From the NCBI RefSeq assembly GCF_009914755.1, contig NC_060947.1: a stretch of DNA of 64,000 nucleotides, one strand, 5' to 3'. The stretch comes from the human T2T-CHM13v2.0 reference genome, Homo sapiens. Position 1 is the stretch's first letter. Each line of letters opens with the position of its first letter. The notes under the pieces were generated by a model. That model made no database searches and was not told the DNA's origin. It worked only from the letters and a program-made list of their open reading frames with translations. Positions 47,061-60,499 of the stretch are shown here, piece by piece. Made by a program: the position numbers and the translations under genes.

Positions 47061-48799
47061 CACTTTTAGAGATAAAAATAATGTGATTTTACAAAGTACA
47101 AAGTTTACTGATGATCATAAGGGAGACAGTACCTCTTAGTGCCACAAACTCTCCTCCCTTCAAGAGAAACATCTCATACTGTGATATGTGGTGGTCAGCC
47201 ATTTATGTGTCTTCTTTTTAGGGGTCAGAAGCCACCGCCTTTTTTCACTGCTGAATTCTCATCACCTCAAACAGAGCATAGTATAGAATCAGCATTTCCT
47301 CAGTAAATGTCTGCTGAATGGCAGTTACAGTGGTAAAGAATGGCAACTTAGTTTGCAAAGGACAATACATAGGGTTTCTCTTTTATCTACAGTGACACTT
47401 CTCCAAGAACCTCTCTACTGCTCTGCTGGCCTGAATAGATCCAAGATGACTACTTGTCAATCTATTTAGTGAGAGATGATGCATTGCACAAAAGAGAAAT
47501 ATACAGCTTTTTACCACACAACTTAGTGCAGGCCAAATTCTTTCCTTCTGTTCAAAGCATTGTGTCTCTCTGGACTGCCCAGTTACCTTCTTCCCCATTA
47601 CCCAATTAACAATGTGTTAAACACCATTCCTCTAATGGCTTTAACCTCAATCACTTACTGCCTCGTGGCTTTCAAATCCTTCCACTTACACGAATGCCAA
47701 GTCCTATTGCTCTATTTCTTAGAACAACTCAAGCAGAACAGAATTGGTTTACTGCTATGGAAGCCAATTCTCAATATTTCCTATGACCCCTTGTGGATCC
47801 TGGCCCAGACAGTGACGTCACACATATACAATGTTGCTCATTTGCAAAGCCCTCTGGTACCCCCCAAAAATCTGTCCATCTTCCAAAGCACTATTCAGCC
47901 ATGTGTTCAAAACAGGCACTATTTTCTAGGGGCCTGAGAAATTCTCCAGCAAACTCTCAGCTGTTATCAGTTCTCCCTTCTCTAGAGAGGCAGCAGAAAG
48001 TACAAGGACTGTTTTTGCAGCTTTACTTGAAGAATCTGGCAGTACACTAGGGATATAACGAAATGGCAGTTAATCATTCAACTTTCCCTGAATGACTGCT
48101 GTGTGAAAAGTCAATTTTAGGTACTTTAGAGGGGACATGAAGAAAATATGGAAAGCTTTTTTGTCCATACTTCTCAGAATCTGACCATCTAATTATTGTC
48201 CAAACACATAAATGCAAGACAAAAGTTTACTGACCCTCTCAAAGAGCTGAAAAATATATAATTACAAAGTCAACTGAACAATATTTTATGAGCCAATGAG
48301 AAAGAAGAATAAGCATGGAACTAATTAAGACAGGTTTCTTGGAGATATGACTCCATGGACAGAGGTTGAGAAGGGAAGGGATACGGTATGATGGTATGAT
48401 AGTTAATAGTATGTGACTTGATACGTATTGATCAGGTAGGAAAAAAACGTTGAATTGAAAATATTACTGCCCAGAGAGATCTCATGGAGTGGCATAGGTA
48501 GAGACAGGGCCCAGCATCAAACAGCAGCAATTCTAGAGATTTTCTAGAACTTAAAGCTCAACAGTAAGGCCTAAACAAGATTGCATGAGATAACTACACC
48601 ACCCCCAAGGCTAAAAGAAAACCTACTATACTGGCCAATATCCTAAAGGTTTACTGAAAGCCATTATCCTCTGTAATTGCTAATCTGAACGTGCCCTTGC
48701 ATATCTCAGCCCACATGGGTCTTAACTGTATCTACTTCTCATGCCTCTGACTCCTCACGGACCAATCTATGTTTTGCTTGCCAATATGCTGCTACTATT

Positions 48800-48985
48800 A
48801 TTACTAATCATAATACTGCCAGCTCCAAGATAAAGAAGTTTACACTAACGTTTTCATTGACTCTTCACAACAACATTTTGAGGCCCCCATTACACAACTT
48901 GCTTAAAGTCACACAGCTAGAGGTACAAGGACTGGAACTTGAATCTAAGTCTTTCTGACATCAAAGTTCATTCTGTTATCCATTA
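48800..48985 (-). mobile_element. MIR
   Basis: cttcacaacaac...aacttgcttaaagtcacacagctag...ctggaacttgaatctaagtc. Confidence 0.65.
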
Positions 48986-49109
48986 TTCTATAGGCTTTTA
49001 ATATGTACATCGAGGAAACATTATTTCAATATCTTGCTATTTCTCCTTTTAGAAATCATATAAAATAAAAATGAAACAAAAAAAATTCCAAACTCCATTT
49101 TCAGACAAA

Positions 49110-49390
49110 CTGGCATGGCAGAGACTGCAATGTGTTCACCAAAATCTGTTTCCTTTCCTTTAATAAAACAAGCTCCACTATATTTCTAAGACACTTACTT
49201 GCAGTGTGATAGTCTGGACATTGAAATGTGGGTAGAATTAACATGAACTACTTCTAGCCCTGAACCACAAAATCCTCCCATGTATCCTCCATTCTTTCTT
49301 CCCATAATTGCCAGCAGAGGCCAGATGATCTGTTAGAAGACTCAGAGGCCCTTGTAGATGGATGGAAAAGCCACATGATAGAATGGATAT
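49110..49390 (+). mobile_element. MLT1 (MLT1J-like) MaLR LTR fragment
   Basis: tggcagagactgc...ctatatttc...cttgcag...aaatgtgggtagaa...ctacttctagccctg...agatggatggaa. Confidence 0.55.
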
Positions 49391-49475
49391 ACTTAGCTAA
49401 TTCCCTTCCATAGCTAACGATTCTACTAACATCATGAGTGGCACTAAGCATTGTACCAATGAACACATAAACCAT

Positions 49476-49512
49476 ACACACATACACACACACACACACA
49501 CACAGACACACA
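49476..49512. repeat. (CA)n microsatellite
   Basis: Interrupted CA run. Confidence 0.9.
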
Positions 49513-50359
49513 TGGGTGTGGCCATGTGCATTGAATAATTGTACCAATATGCCTCTTAATATATGTTTAGGTATCTACGAATAAAAATTTGCAAACAACA
49601 CTGTGTCATTTGAGCTGGGACAGACAGTTTGTTTGGTTAGAAACCAATATTAACAAAGCTAATGTAGAAGGTTGACATATACAGAGAAAAACTGTTTAAG
49701 CAGCTATAGCTGCTGCTCTAGCTCAGGCCACTGACTAAGTCCTAACCTCAGTTCAGTGAGTCACCACACTAAGGGAGACTTTGGCTTAAGTAAGATTATG
49801 AGGATGGCTCAGTACAAATCCACCCTGACTACTGAAGAAAAACTAAAAGAAGACAGCTATTGGGTCCAAAGTATGTCATTTTTTTAATACAAAGGACAGT
49901 TGGCCCATTCTTTTCTTCGTTCAGCAAAATGTAAACATCCCACATCTCTCCTTACTTCTAGAAGCTCAATCTGTTCTCTCTGCTCGTAAAGACCTTGGCT
50001 CTTGGGATTAGCACAGCTTTAAGGCTACTGAGTTGGTTTATGTCTGTTTTATTTCCCCTGGAACCATGCAGAATGTACACACAGAACACAATCCTGATCG
50101 CTGAGCTTTTATTTTACTTTTATAATCAATGCCACAGGAAGTGCATGGATTTATCATTTCTAAAGCTTTAAAAATTATTATACAATCTATTGGTAATGTT
50201 GCTGCCAGCCTGCCCAACAAGTTCTAGACCTGGGCAAGACTATGAAAATAAAAGAATTGAAGACATGACTACTGCGTCTATATGCAACAGTCCTCTAGTA
50301 TCTTTCTGGAAAAAAAAAAAAGATAAAAACCTGACAGAAGCCCCCATAATCAAAGTTTT

Positions 50360-50530
50360 CAGTGCCAGCTCATTTGATTTTCACAGCCAATTATGAGGTA
50401 TTGAGGGCAGAATTTAATTGTCTTCATTTCAGAGAACAGAATAAAAAAATAGAGAGAGGAAGTGACTTGTCCAAGGCCACACAGCTGCTTGTTGATAGGG
50501 CTGCCAAGACTCTGTACTGGATCTTATGAT
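50360..50530 (-). mobile_element. MIR
   Basis: ctcatttgattttcacagcc...gaagtgacttgtccaaggccacacagct. Confidence 0.7.
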
Positions 50531-51669
50531 TCTCATGTTTCTCATTTCAGCATACATTTTCTTGGTCTGTTTGGAGCAGTTGCCCAGATAAGATGGGCTC
50601 TCATTTGAAATTAGTCAGCTGTATTGACTTGTTCTCGGGATGAATGCATCCTTAAGGATGACCAGGTTCTTGTTTATGTTAAGATTCTTGGAGAGAGTCT
50701 GAGTCAGACAACTTGCCTTTTTCACCCCTACATGTTCATTTCCTTATTTCTCCTTTCTTCCCTTTTGTTGTTCCTTGGTTAGCAAATAAACAAGTCAATT
50801 TACTTTCCCCTCATTTTGTCTCCCATCACCTTTAGCTATCTGCTTCAGTGTTCCGGCTTCCAGGAACATTGTGTAATCTCTCTCTGATACATGGTTAAGT
50901 CTTTCTTCCTGCTCACATCTATTTTCTTCATCATTTCTTAAAGAAACCCATTCCAATTTATCACCTTCTGCTTACACCAGTGAAAGCCACCAACCCTACA
51001 CCTAGATTCCACTCTTTCTTCAGCATCTAGAGATTTTTGTGTCTACAAGCTTTGAAATTTGTTGATCCAAAGGTTTTCAACTAACTTTTTCTTAGAATTC
51101 TTTCCTAAATTCCTATATGGAAGAGATTATATCTAATTTCCATTGCAAATGGCTTGCAAGCCAGACAGGAAACAGTCCAGTTGTAAAACCAAAGAGTAAA
51201 AAGGGCAGATCTTCAGAAGTGGGAAGGAGGCCAATATGTCAGCAAAACTGGAAAACAAAATACTATCCTTCACCTATCCCCTCTCCCCCAGGAGAAACAC
51301 AAAAGAAGATTATTGATCTTTACTCTGTTATCTGAAACCTTTAGATAGAAAGGTAATAAAAATAATAATTTATCATAATTGTCAAGTACTTCCCAAGATA
51401 TACTAGGCCTATGGCTTGTTAAAATAGAACCCTACGGCTGAGAGGGGACTTGAAGTGTGACCCTTGTCCATCTCCTGATCTTTACACAATTTGTTCCTAT
51501 ATATTTTAGGATTATTTGCCCATTTTCAAAGATACACAGAAAGGGCCATTATGCAACTTTTCTCTGGGGTTGTCTGCAATTGAGCAAAGACATCAAAGTT
51601 GACTTAAATCATATCAGCTATGTAGACATAAATCCTAAATATAAATCTTATCCAGACTGGTGAAAACTA

Positions 51670-52200
51670 ATTTTAGAAATACAATATGTTTATTTGTTGA
51701 GTTACAGGCTCAGTTATAGGACCCAGAAATAATGAAGAGAAGCAAAACATATCTTTGATCTTAGGGGCTCAGAATCTACTTGGGTATATCCATACTAACA
51801 TTGTGATAGGCATTGCCATAGTGATTTGCATAAACTTCTGTGGGAGCAAAAAGGAAAGAAGAATCAAATATGGAAAACAGAGTTGGGAAAGAATTTATGG
51901 CTGGATTTTGATGGTTCACCAGGTAAAGTGGAAGAAGACGCACCATGGTTCAGAGGAACCAGAATGTGGTGTGTTTGAGGAAAAAGCACACCTATGTGTA
52001 TGTAATCCTATTTTATGAGCTATTTCAGTGGCAGAGATGAAGTTTGAATATGATGCTAGGGGCAATATTATGGAAAGCCTTGTATTCTATGATGAGGATG
52101 TAGGATTATATACTATAGGTAGGGTTGTGAGCAGACAATTATATGGCAATATTTGCAATTTAGTAAAAAATCACTATGACTTCCAGACGGAGGAAAGGCT
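51670..52200 (-). mobile_element. L2 degenerate fragment
   Basis: tttatttgttgag...ggctcagaatcta...ttctgtgggagca...ggtgtgtttgagga...attatggaaagccttg. Confidence 0.5.
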
Positions 52201-52404
52201 AAGGGAAAGAGATTAAAGGATGTGTCAGCAGAGCCCAAGTTGTCAAGTACCTGCACAGAGCTATCCAGTTGCTGAGACAAACTAAGAGTGCTGAAGAGTG
52301 GAGTTTAATACTGATGAGAATAAGAGGCAGGGAAAAATAACAACACATAAAAGAGAAACAAAATATGAAAGAAAGAAGAAAAAGAGAAAAGAATGTGAAT
52401 GTTA

Positions 52405-52463
52405 AACATAATTGTTTATTATGTAACAGGTACAGCACTAAATATTGTATGCACATTATCTCA
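52405..52463 (-). mobile_element. MIR, left part (continues at 60156)
   Basis: gtttattatgtaacaggtacagcactaaata...cacattatctca. Confidence 0.6.
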
Positions 52464-55400
52464 ATTTTAAAATTTGTTTTTAAATTTTTTATTTTTAATT
52501 TTTGTGGGTACATAGTAGGTGTATATGAGGTGCATGGCATATTTTGGTATAGGCATGCAATGTATAATAATTACAACATAGAAAATGGGTTATCCATCTC
52601 CTCATGCATTTATCCTCAGTGTTACAAACCATTTAGTTATAATATTTTCATTATTTTAAAATGTACAGTTAAATTATTTTTACTAGAGTCACCTGTTATG
52701 CTGTCAAGTACTAGGTATTATTCATTCTATTTTTTGAACCCATTAAACATCCCCACCTTCTCTCAACCCACCCCCCACCCACTACCCTTCCCAACTTCTA
52801 GTAACCGTCCTTCTGCTCTCTATCTCCATGCGTTCAATTGTTTGGATTTTTACATCCCACACATAAGTGAGAACATGCAATTTTTCTTTCTGCACGTGGC
52901 TTATTTCACTTAATATAATGGCCTCCAATTCCAACCATGTTGTTGCAAATAAAAGAATCCTATTCCTTTTTAGGGCTGAATGGTACTCCATTGCATCTAA
53001 GTATCACATTTTTCTTTACTCATTCATCTGTTGATGGAAACTTAGGTTGCTTTCCAATCTTGGCTATTGTGAACAGTGCTGCAGCAATCATGGGAGAGAA
53101 ATATCTCTTCGATATACTGATTTCTCTTTTTTAGGGTATGTACCCAGCAGTGGGATTGCTGGATTTGCTCTATTTTTATTTGTTTGAGGAACCTCCAAAC
53201 TGTTCTCCATAGTGGTTGTACTAATTTACATTCCCACCAACAGTTTATGAGGGTTCTCTCTGCATATCCTCGCCAGCATTTTTTACTGCCTGTCTTTTGG
53301 ATAAAAGCCATTTTAACTAGGGTGGGATGATATCTAATTGCAGTTCTGGATTGCAGCTGTCTGATGATCAATGATGTTGAGTACTTATTCGTATGCCTGT
53401 ATGCCATTTGTTTACCTTCTTTTGAGAAATGTCTATTCAAATCTTTTGCCCAGTTTTTTGATCAAATTATTAGATTTTTTTCCTATAGAGTTGTTTGAAC
53501 TCCTTATACATTCTGTCAGATGAATAGTTTGAAAATATTTTCTCCCATTCTGTGGGTTGTCTCTTCACTTTGTGGATTATATCCTTTGCTGTGCAGGAGG
53601 TTTTTAACTTGATGTGATCCCATTTGTCCATTTTTGCTTTGGTTTCCTGAGCTTGTGGGGTATTGATCAAATGTTTGCCCAGACAAATGTCCTGGAGATT
53701 TTCCCCAATGTTTTCTTGTAGTAGTTTCATAGTTTGAGGTCTTAGATTTAGGTATTTAATCCATTTTGATTTGATTTTTGTATAGGGGTCTAGTTTTATT
53801 CTTCTGCATATGGGGTATCCAGTTTTCCCAGCACCATTTATTGAAGAGACTGTCCTTTCCCCAGTGTATGTGTTCTTGGCACCTTTGTCAAAAATGAGTT
53901 CACTAAAGGTGTGTGGATTTTCTTCTAGGTTCTCTATTTTGTTTTATTGGTCGATGTGTCTGTTTTTATGACATTACCATGCTGTTTTGGTTACTATAAC
54001 TCTGTAAGTATAATTTGAAGTCAGGGAATATGATTCCTCCAGTTTTGTTCTTTTTGCTCAGGATAGCTTTGGCTATTCTGGGTCTTTTGTGGTTCTCTGT
54101 AAGTATAATTTGAAGTCAGGGAATATGATTCCTCCAGTTTTGTTCTTTTTGCTCAGGATAGCTTTGGCTATTCTGGGTCTTTTGCGGTTCCATATAAATT
54201 TTAGGATAATTTTTTCTATTTCTATAAAGAATGTCTTTGGTATTTTGATAGGGATTGCATTGAATCTGTAGATTGCTTTGGGTCATATGGACATTTTAAC
54301 AATATTGATTCTACCAATCCATAAACATGCAATATCTTTCCATGTTTTGGTGTCCTCTTCAATTTATTTCATAAGTGTTTCATAGTATTCATTGTAGAGA
54401 TCTTTTACTTCCTTGGTTAAGGTAATTCCTAGGTATTTAATTTTATTTGTGGCTATTGTAAATGAGATTACTTTATTCCTTTTTCATATTGTACACTGTT
54501 GTCATATAGAAATGCTACTAATTTTTACGTTGATTTTGTATCCTGAAACTGAACTGAATTGATCAGTTTTAATAGTTTTTTGGTGGAGTCTTTAGGTTTC
54601 TCCAAATAAAAAATTATATCATCAGCAAACAAAGATAGTTTGACTTCTTCCTTTCCAATTTGGATGTCCTTTGTTTCTTTCTCTTGTCTGATTGCTCTAG
54701 CTAGAACTTCCAGTACAATGTTGAATAACAGTGATGAAAGTGAGCATCCTTGTCTTGTTCCACATCTTAGAAAAAAAGGCTTTCAGCATTTCCCTATTTA
54801 GTATGATACTAGCTATGGTTCTGTCATGTATGTTAATTTGTTGAGGGATGTTCCTTCTATGACCAGTTTTTAAAGATATTTTTCATGAAGAGATGTTAAA
54901 TTTTATCAATGCTTTTTCAACATCATTTAAAACGATCATATGGTTTTTGTCCTTCATTCTGTTGATATGATGTAGCACATTGATTGTTTTGGGTATGTTG
55001 AAACATCCTCGCATCCTTGGGGTAATTTCCGCTTCATCATGATGAATTATCTTTTTAATGTGTTGTTCAAATCAGTTTGCTAGTATTCTGTTGAGGATTT
55101 TTGAATCAATATTCATGAGAGATATTGGTCTGTGGCTTTTCTTTTCTTTCTTTCCTTCTGCGTTTTTGTCTGGTTTTGGTATCAGGATGATATTGGCCTC
55201 ATAAAATGAGTTTAGAAATATTCTCTCTTTCACTATCTTTTGGAATAGTTTGGATAGGATTGGTATTCTTCTTTAAATATTTCATAGAATCCAGCAGTGA
55301 AGCCATGGGCTCCCAGGCTTTTCTTTGCTGAAAGACATTTTATTATGGCTTCGATCTCATTACCTATTATTGGTCTGTTTAGGTTTTGGATTTCTTCCTT

Positions 55401-58400
55401 GTTCAAGCTTGGTAGGTTGTACATGTCTAGGAATTTGTCCATTTCTTCTAGATTGTCCATTTTATTGGCATATAGTTGCTCATAGTAGCCACTAATGATC
55501 CTTTGAATTTCTGTTGTATCAGTTGTAATATCTCCTTTTTCATCTCTGATTTTATTTATTTGTGTCTTCTCACTTTTATTCTCATTAGTCTGGCTAAAGT
55601 TTTGTCAATTTTATCTTTTCAAAAAACCAACTTTTTGTTTCATTGATCTTTTGTGTTGTTTTCACCATTTCAAATTCATTTATTGCTGTTCTGATTGCGA
55701 CTATTTATTTTTTTCTGCTAACTTTGAGTTTGGTTTCCTCTTGCTTTTCTAGTTCTTTAACATGTATCATTATGTTATCTATTTGAAGTTTTTCTTCTTT
55801 TTGCATGTAGGCACTTATAGCGAAAAATTTCCCTCTTAGTACTGATTTCACTGAATCACAGAGGTTTTGGTATGTTGTGTTTCCATTATAATTTCTTCTA
55901 AAAAGTTTGACAATTTTCTTCTGATTTTTTTGACTCATTTATCATTCAGAAGCATATTGTTTAATTTTTATGTATTTGTATAATTTCCAAAATTCTTCCT
56001 GATGCTGATTTCTAGTTTTATTCCATTATGGTCAAAGAAGATGCTTAATACGCTTTCAATTTTTTTAAATATTTTAAGACTTGTTTTGTGACCTAACATA
56101 TGGTATATCATTGATAATGATCCGCATGCTGAGAAGAATGTGTATTGCACAGTCTTTGGATGAAATGTTCTGTAAATATCTATTAGGTTCATTTGTTCTA
56201 TAGTGCAGATTATGTTTGATGTTTCTTTGTTGTGTTTTTATCTGGGAGATATATCCAATGCTGAAAGTAGGGTGCTGAAGTCTCCAGCTATTATTGTATG
56301 GAGGTCTATATCTCCTCTTTAGCTCTAATAATATTTGCTTTATATATATGTGTGCTCCAGTGTTGGGTGATTATATATTTACAATCATTATATCATGTTG
56401 CTGGATTGACCCCTTTGTCATTACATATAAATATAAATATATTTATATTATATATAAATGGCCTTCTTTGTCTCTTCTAACAGTTTTTCTCTTGAAATCT
56501 ATTGTGTCTGATATAAGTAGAGCTACTTCTGCTCTTTTTTGGTTTCCATTGTCATGGAATACTTTATTCCAGTCCTTTATTTTCAGTCTATGCATATGTT
56601 TATAGGTGAAGTGTGTTTCTTGCAGGCAGGAGATCATGGGGCCCTGTTTCTTCATCCATTCAGCCACTCTATGTCTTTGATGGGGGAGTTTAGTCTATTT
56701 ATATCAAATGTTATTATCGATAAGTAGCAACTTACTCCTGCCATTTTGTTATTTGTTTTCTGGTTGTTTTGTGGTCTTCTCTTCCATTTTTTTCTTCCTT
56801 CCTGTCTTCATTTTAGTGAAGTTGATTTTCTCTGGGGGTATGATGTAATTTCTTGCTTTTTGTTTTTTTTATGTATCTATTGCATGGTTTTTGATTTGAA
56901 GTTACCGTGAAGCTTGCAAATACTATCTTATAAGCCATTATTCTAAACAGATGACAACTTAACATTGATTGTAGACACAAACAAACAAACACATACACAC
57001 AAAGAAAACTAATAACAACTCTGAACTTTAACTCCATCTCCATCCACTCATTTTTAAATTTTTTTTTGTTTCTCTTTATGTCTTATAGTACTATCTGTGT
57101 CGTGAACTGTTCTTGTAGTTATTATTTTTTATCAGTTCAGCATTTAGTCTTTCTACTTAAGCATAGTTTACACACCAAAATTACAGTGTTACAATATTCT
57201 GGGTTTTTTTGTGTACTTATTATTACCAGTGAGTTTTGTACCTTCAGATGATTTTTTTCTTGCTCATTAACATCCTCTTCTTTCAAATTGAAGAACTCCC
57301 TTTAGCATTTGTTTAGAACAAGTCTGATGTTGATAAAATCCCTCAGCTTTTGTTTCTCTGGGAAGGTCTTTATTTGTCCTTTATGCCTGCAGGATATTTT
57401 TGCTGGATGTACTATTCTGGGGTCAAAGATTTTTTCCTTCAGCACCTTAAATATATCATGCCACTCTCTCCTGGCCTGTAAGGCTTCCACTGAAAAGTCT
57501 GCTGCCAGATGTATTGGAGCTCCATTGTATGTTATTTGTTTCTTTTCTCTTGGTGCTTTTAGGATCCTTTCATTACCCTTGACCTTTGGGAGTTTGATTA
57601 TTAGGTGCCTTGTGGTAGTCTTCCTTGGGTTAAATCTGCTTGGTGTTCTAAACATTCCTGTACTTGAATATTGATATCTTTCTCTAGGTTTGGGAAGTTC
57701 TCTGATATTATCTCTTTGGATAAACTTTTTACCCCTATCTCTTTCTCTACTTCTTCTTTAAGGCCAATAACTCTTAGATTTGCCCTTTTGAGCCTTTTTT
57801 TTTCTAGAGCTTGCAGGCATGATTCATTGTTTTTTATTCTTTTTTTATTTTGTCTCCTCCGATTGTGTAATTTCAGCCTGTCTTCAAGCTCACTATTTCT
57901 AGTGATAGACAAATTCTGCTATTAAGTGACTCTGATGCATTCTTCAGTATGTCAATTGCATTTTCCAACTCCAGAATTTCTGCTCTACTCTTTAGTTATT
58001 TCAACTTCTGGGTTACAATTCTCTGAAAGAATTCTTAATTCCTTCTTTGTGATATCTTTAATTTCTTTGAATTTCCTCAAAATAGCAATTTTGAATCATC
58101 TGTTTGAAAGGTCACATATCTCTGTTTCTCCATGATTGGTCCCCAATGCCTTATTTAGTTCATTTGGTGAGGTCATGTTTTCTTGGATGATCTTGATACT
58201 TGTGCATGTTTGTTGGTGTCTGGGTATTGAATAGTTAGGTATTTATTGTAGTCTTTGCAGTTTGGGCTTGTTTATGCCCATCCTTCTTGGAAGGTGTTCT
58301 AGGAATTTGAATGGACTTGGTCCCCAAGCCCAATATTGTTGTGGTTTTTGCAGATTCATAGAGGTACCATCTTGGTGGTGTTGGTTAAGATCTGGAAGAA

Positions 58401-60155
58401 TTCTCTAGATTACAAGGCAGAGACTCTTGTTCTTTACCCTTATTTTCTCCCAAATCAACAGTTTATTTGTGCTGAGTTGCCTGGAACTGGGGGTTTGATT
58501 ATGCATGAACCCCTCTGGCCACTCCTAGAGCTGGGTCAGACCTGAAGCCAGCACATCACTGCGTCTTGTCCAAGGCCTGCTGTAACCACTACTGGCTAAC
58601 AACTATTATTACTCAAGGCTCTAGGGCTCTACAATCTACTGATAGCAAATCCAGCAAGGTTTGTGTTCTTCTCTTCAGGGTGGAGAGCTCCCCCGGGCCC
58701 CAGGTGGGTCCTGAGATGCTTTCTGGGAGCCAGGGATTGGAATCAAAGACCTTAGAAATTTGCCTGATATTCTATTCTACTGTGGATATGCTGGCATTCA
58801 AATCACAATATAAAGTTCTTCCCACTCTTTCCTCTTCTTTCCAAAGGCAAAGGAGCCCCTCCCTGTGGACATCACCACCACCCCACCAGGAGTGTTCTGC
58901 CAGGCCACTGTTGGTGTTCACTTAAGAACTAAGGGCTTCTCAGTCAGTTTGTGGTGAACGCTGCCAGGCCTGGGAATCACTCTTCAGGACAGTGGGCTCC
59001 CCTGTGGCTCAAGGCAGGTCTAGAAATGCTGCCTGAGAGCCTAGGCCTAGTTTTGGGGACCCCAAGTGCCTGCTTGTTGCTCCACCCTACTGTGGGCACG
59101 TTGGTACCTAAGGTACAAAGCAAAGTCCAATTTACTTTTCCTCTGCTTTTTTCAAACAGACAGAGTCTTTCACCATCACCATCACAGCTGAGAATGTGCT
59201 GGATCACATCTGAAGTAAGCAAATCTCAGAGCCCAAGGGTCACAGTATACTACCTGGGTATTGCTGCTGGTTACTCAGGGCCCAAGGGCTCTTTCGTCAG
59301 TAGGTGATTGATCCTGCCAGGACTGGCTTCTTTGATTCAAGGTAATGAGATCCATTTTGGACCAGAGTGTATCTAGAAATGTCATCCAGGAGCTAGGGCC
59401 TAGACTGGGGGCCTCATGATTCTGCCTGGTGCCTAATCCTACTGTGGCTGAGCTGTGTTTTTCATGATACAAGGTGAAGTCCTCTATACTCTTTGTTCTC
59501 CTCTCCTTAAGCAGAAGGAAGGAGATACTGTTATTGCTATGAGCTGCGTTGCCTGGGGCTGGGGGAGTGGTAGGACAAGCACATCTTTAGCTATCTTGGT
59601 TGGTGTCTCCTTAGGTCATGAGCCACCCTAGTCCTCTCCTTCTGAGCCCTGTCCCGCACTAGGAGCTGTCCAGGAATTGCACTCTTTGTGTCCTAGACTG
59701 CCTTTCAAGTTTACCTACCACCCCAGAGTACTTTGGCCCGTGATGGTGAGGATTGCTGAGAAACTTTATGGGATAGGTAATTCCCCACTAGATAGGATGG
59801 TCCAAATACTCCCTCCATGTTTGGATGCTGGCTGAGCCCAGGGTGACTTTGCTCTCCACTGTGACAAGGTAGCACTGAATTCAATATAATGTCCCCCAGT
59901 CACTGTGCTCTCCCTCCCCTAAGTGCACAGATACTTTTCACTGCAAGGCTGCTGCTGGGGGATGAGGGAGGGGTGTCATTAGTGATTCAAGACTGTTTCT
60001 CTAACCTTTCTCAATGCCACTTTTGGCGATATGAAGTTAAAAGCAGATACTGTGATTGCTCACCTGATTTTTAGATATTGTGATGGCGCTTTTCTCTCCC
60101 CTTCAGGGAGTACAAATGGTGTAGGCTTCTATTCTGCTATCTTGCTCTGCCCTTG
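52464..60155 (-). mobile_element. Full-length ancient L1MA-type (MA1-3-like) LINE-1, ~7.7 kb
   Basis: 3'UTR at left; ORF2 relics at ~52800-56770 (QETH; EEMDKFL; KMDKWDHIKLK); ORF1 relics at ~57300-58200 (ADFSVEALQARREW); ~1.9-kb 5'UTR ending gggcagagcaagatagcagaatag on the minus strand. TSD cattatctca. Confidence 0.92.
54001..54190. repeat. 95-bp tandem duplication (2 copies, 1 mismatch)
   Basis: 54001-54095 versus 54096-54190; they differ only at tgtgg / tgcgg. Confidence 0.97.
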
Positions 60156-60310
60156 CATTATCTCATTTAATCTTTTCAACAACCGGATGAAGTTTGTATG
60201 ACTGTCCAAGTTCACAGATGAAAAATCTGCAGCAGAAAGAGATTGTGCTGTCCAGGGTCATATAAATGTGAGTGGTGAATGCAGGATTCCAATTTCCATT
60301 CTTAACTATT
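60156..60310 (-). mobile_element. MIR, right part
   Basis: cattatctcatttaatc...ttcacagatgaaaaa...gtccagggtcata...gtgagtgg...caggattc. Confidence 0.7.
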
Positions 60311-60499
60311 TAGCTTGAGAAAGCAAGAGCAAGAGTGTGAGAAGCAGCACAAAAGGAGAGCAGCAGCATAGAGAAAAAGAAGAGAAACAAAAGCGAAAGT
60401 GAAAGAAAAAAATAAAACATAAAGAACAAAATGGTGAAAGGGAGACAGGTTATATTATAGAGGATACTGTAATGCACAAACACTAGAAAAGATTTCACT

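Noticed and set aside
52365-52913. 182-aa ORF
   Set aside because: Antisense to the L1MA 3'UTR with low-complexity composition and no recognisable domain
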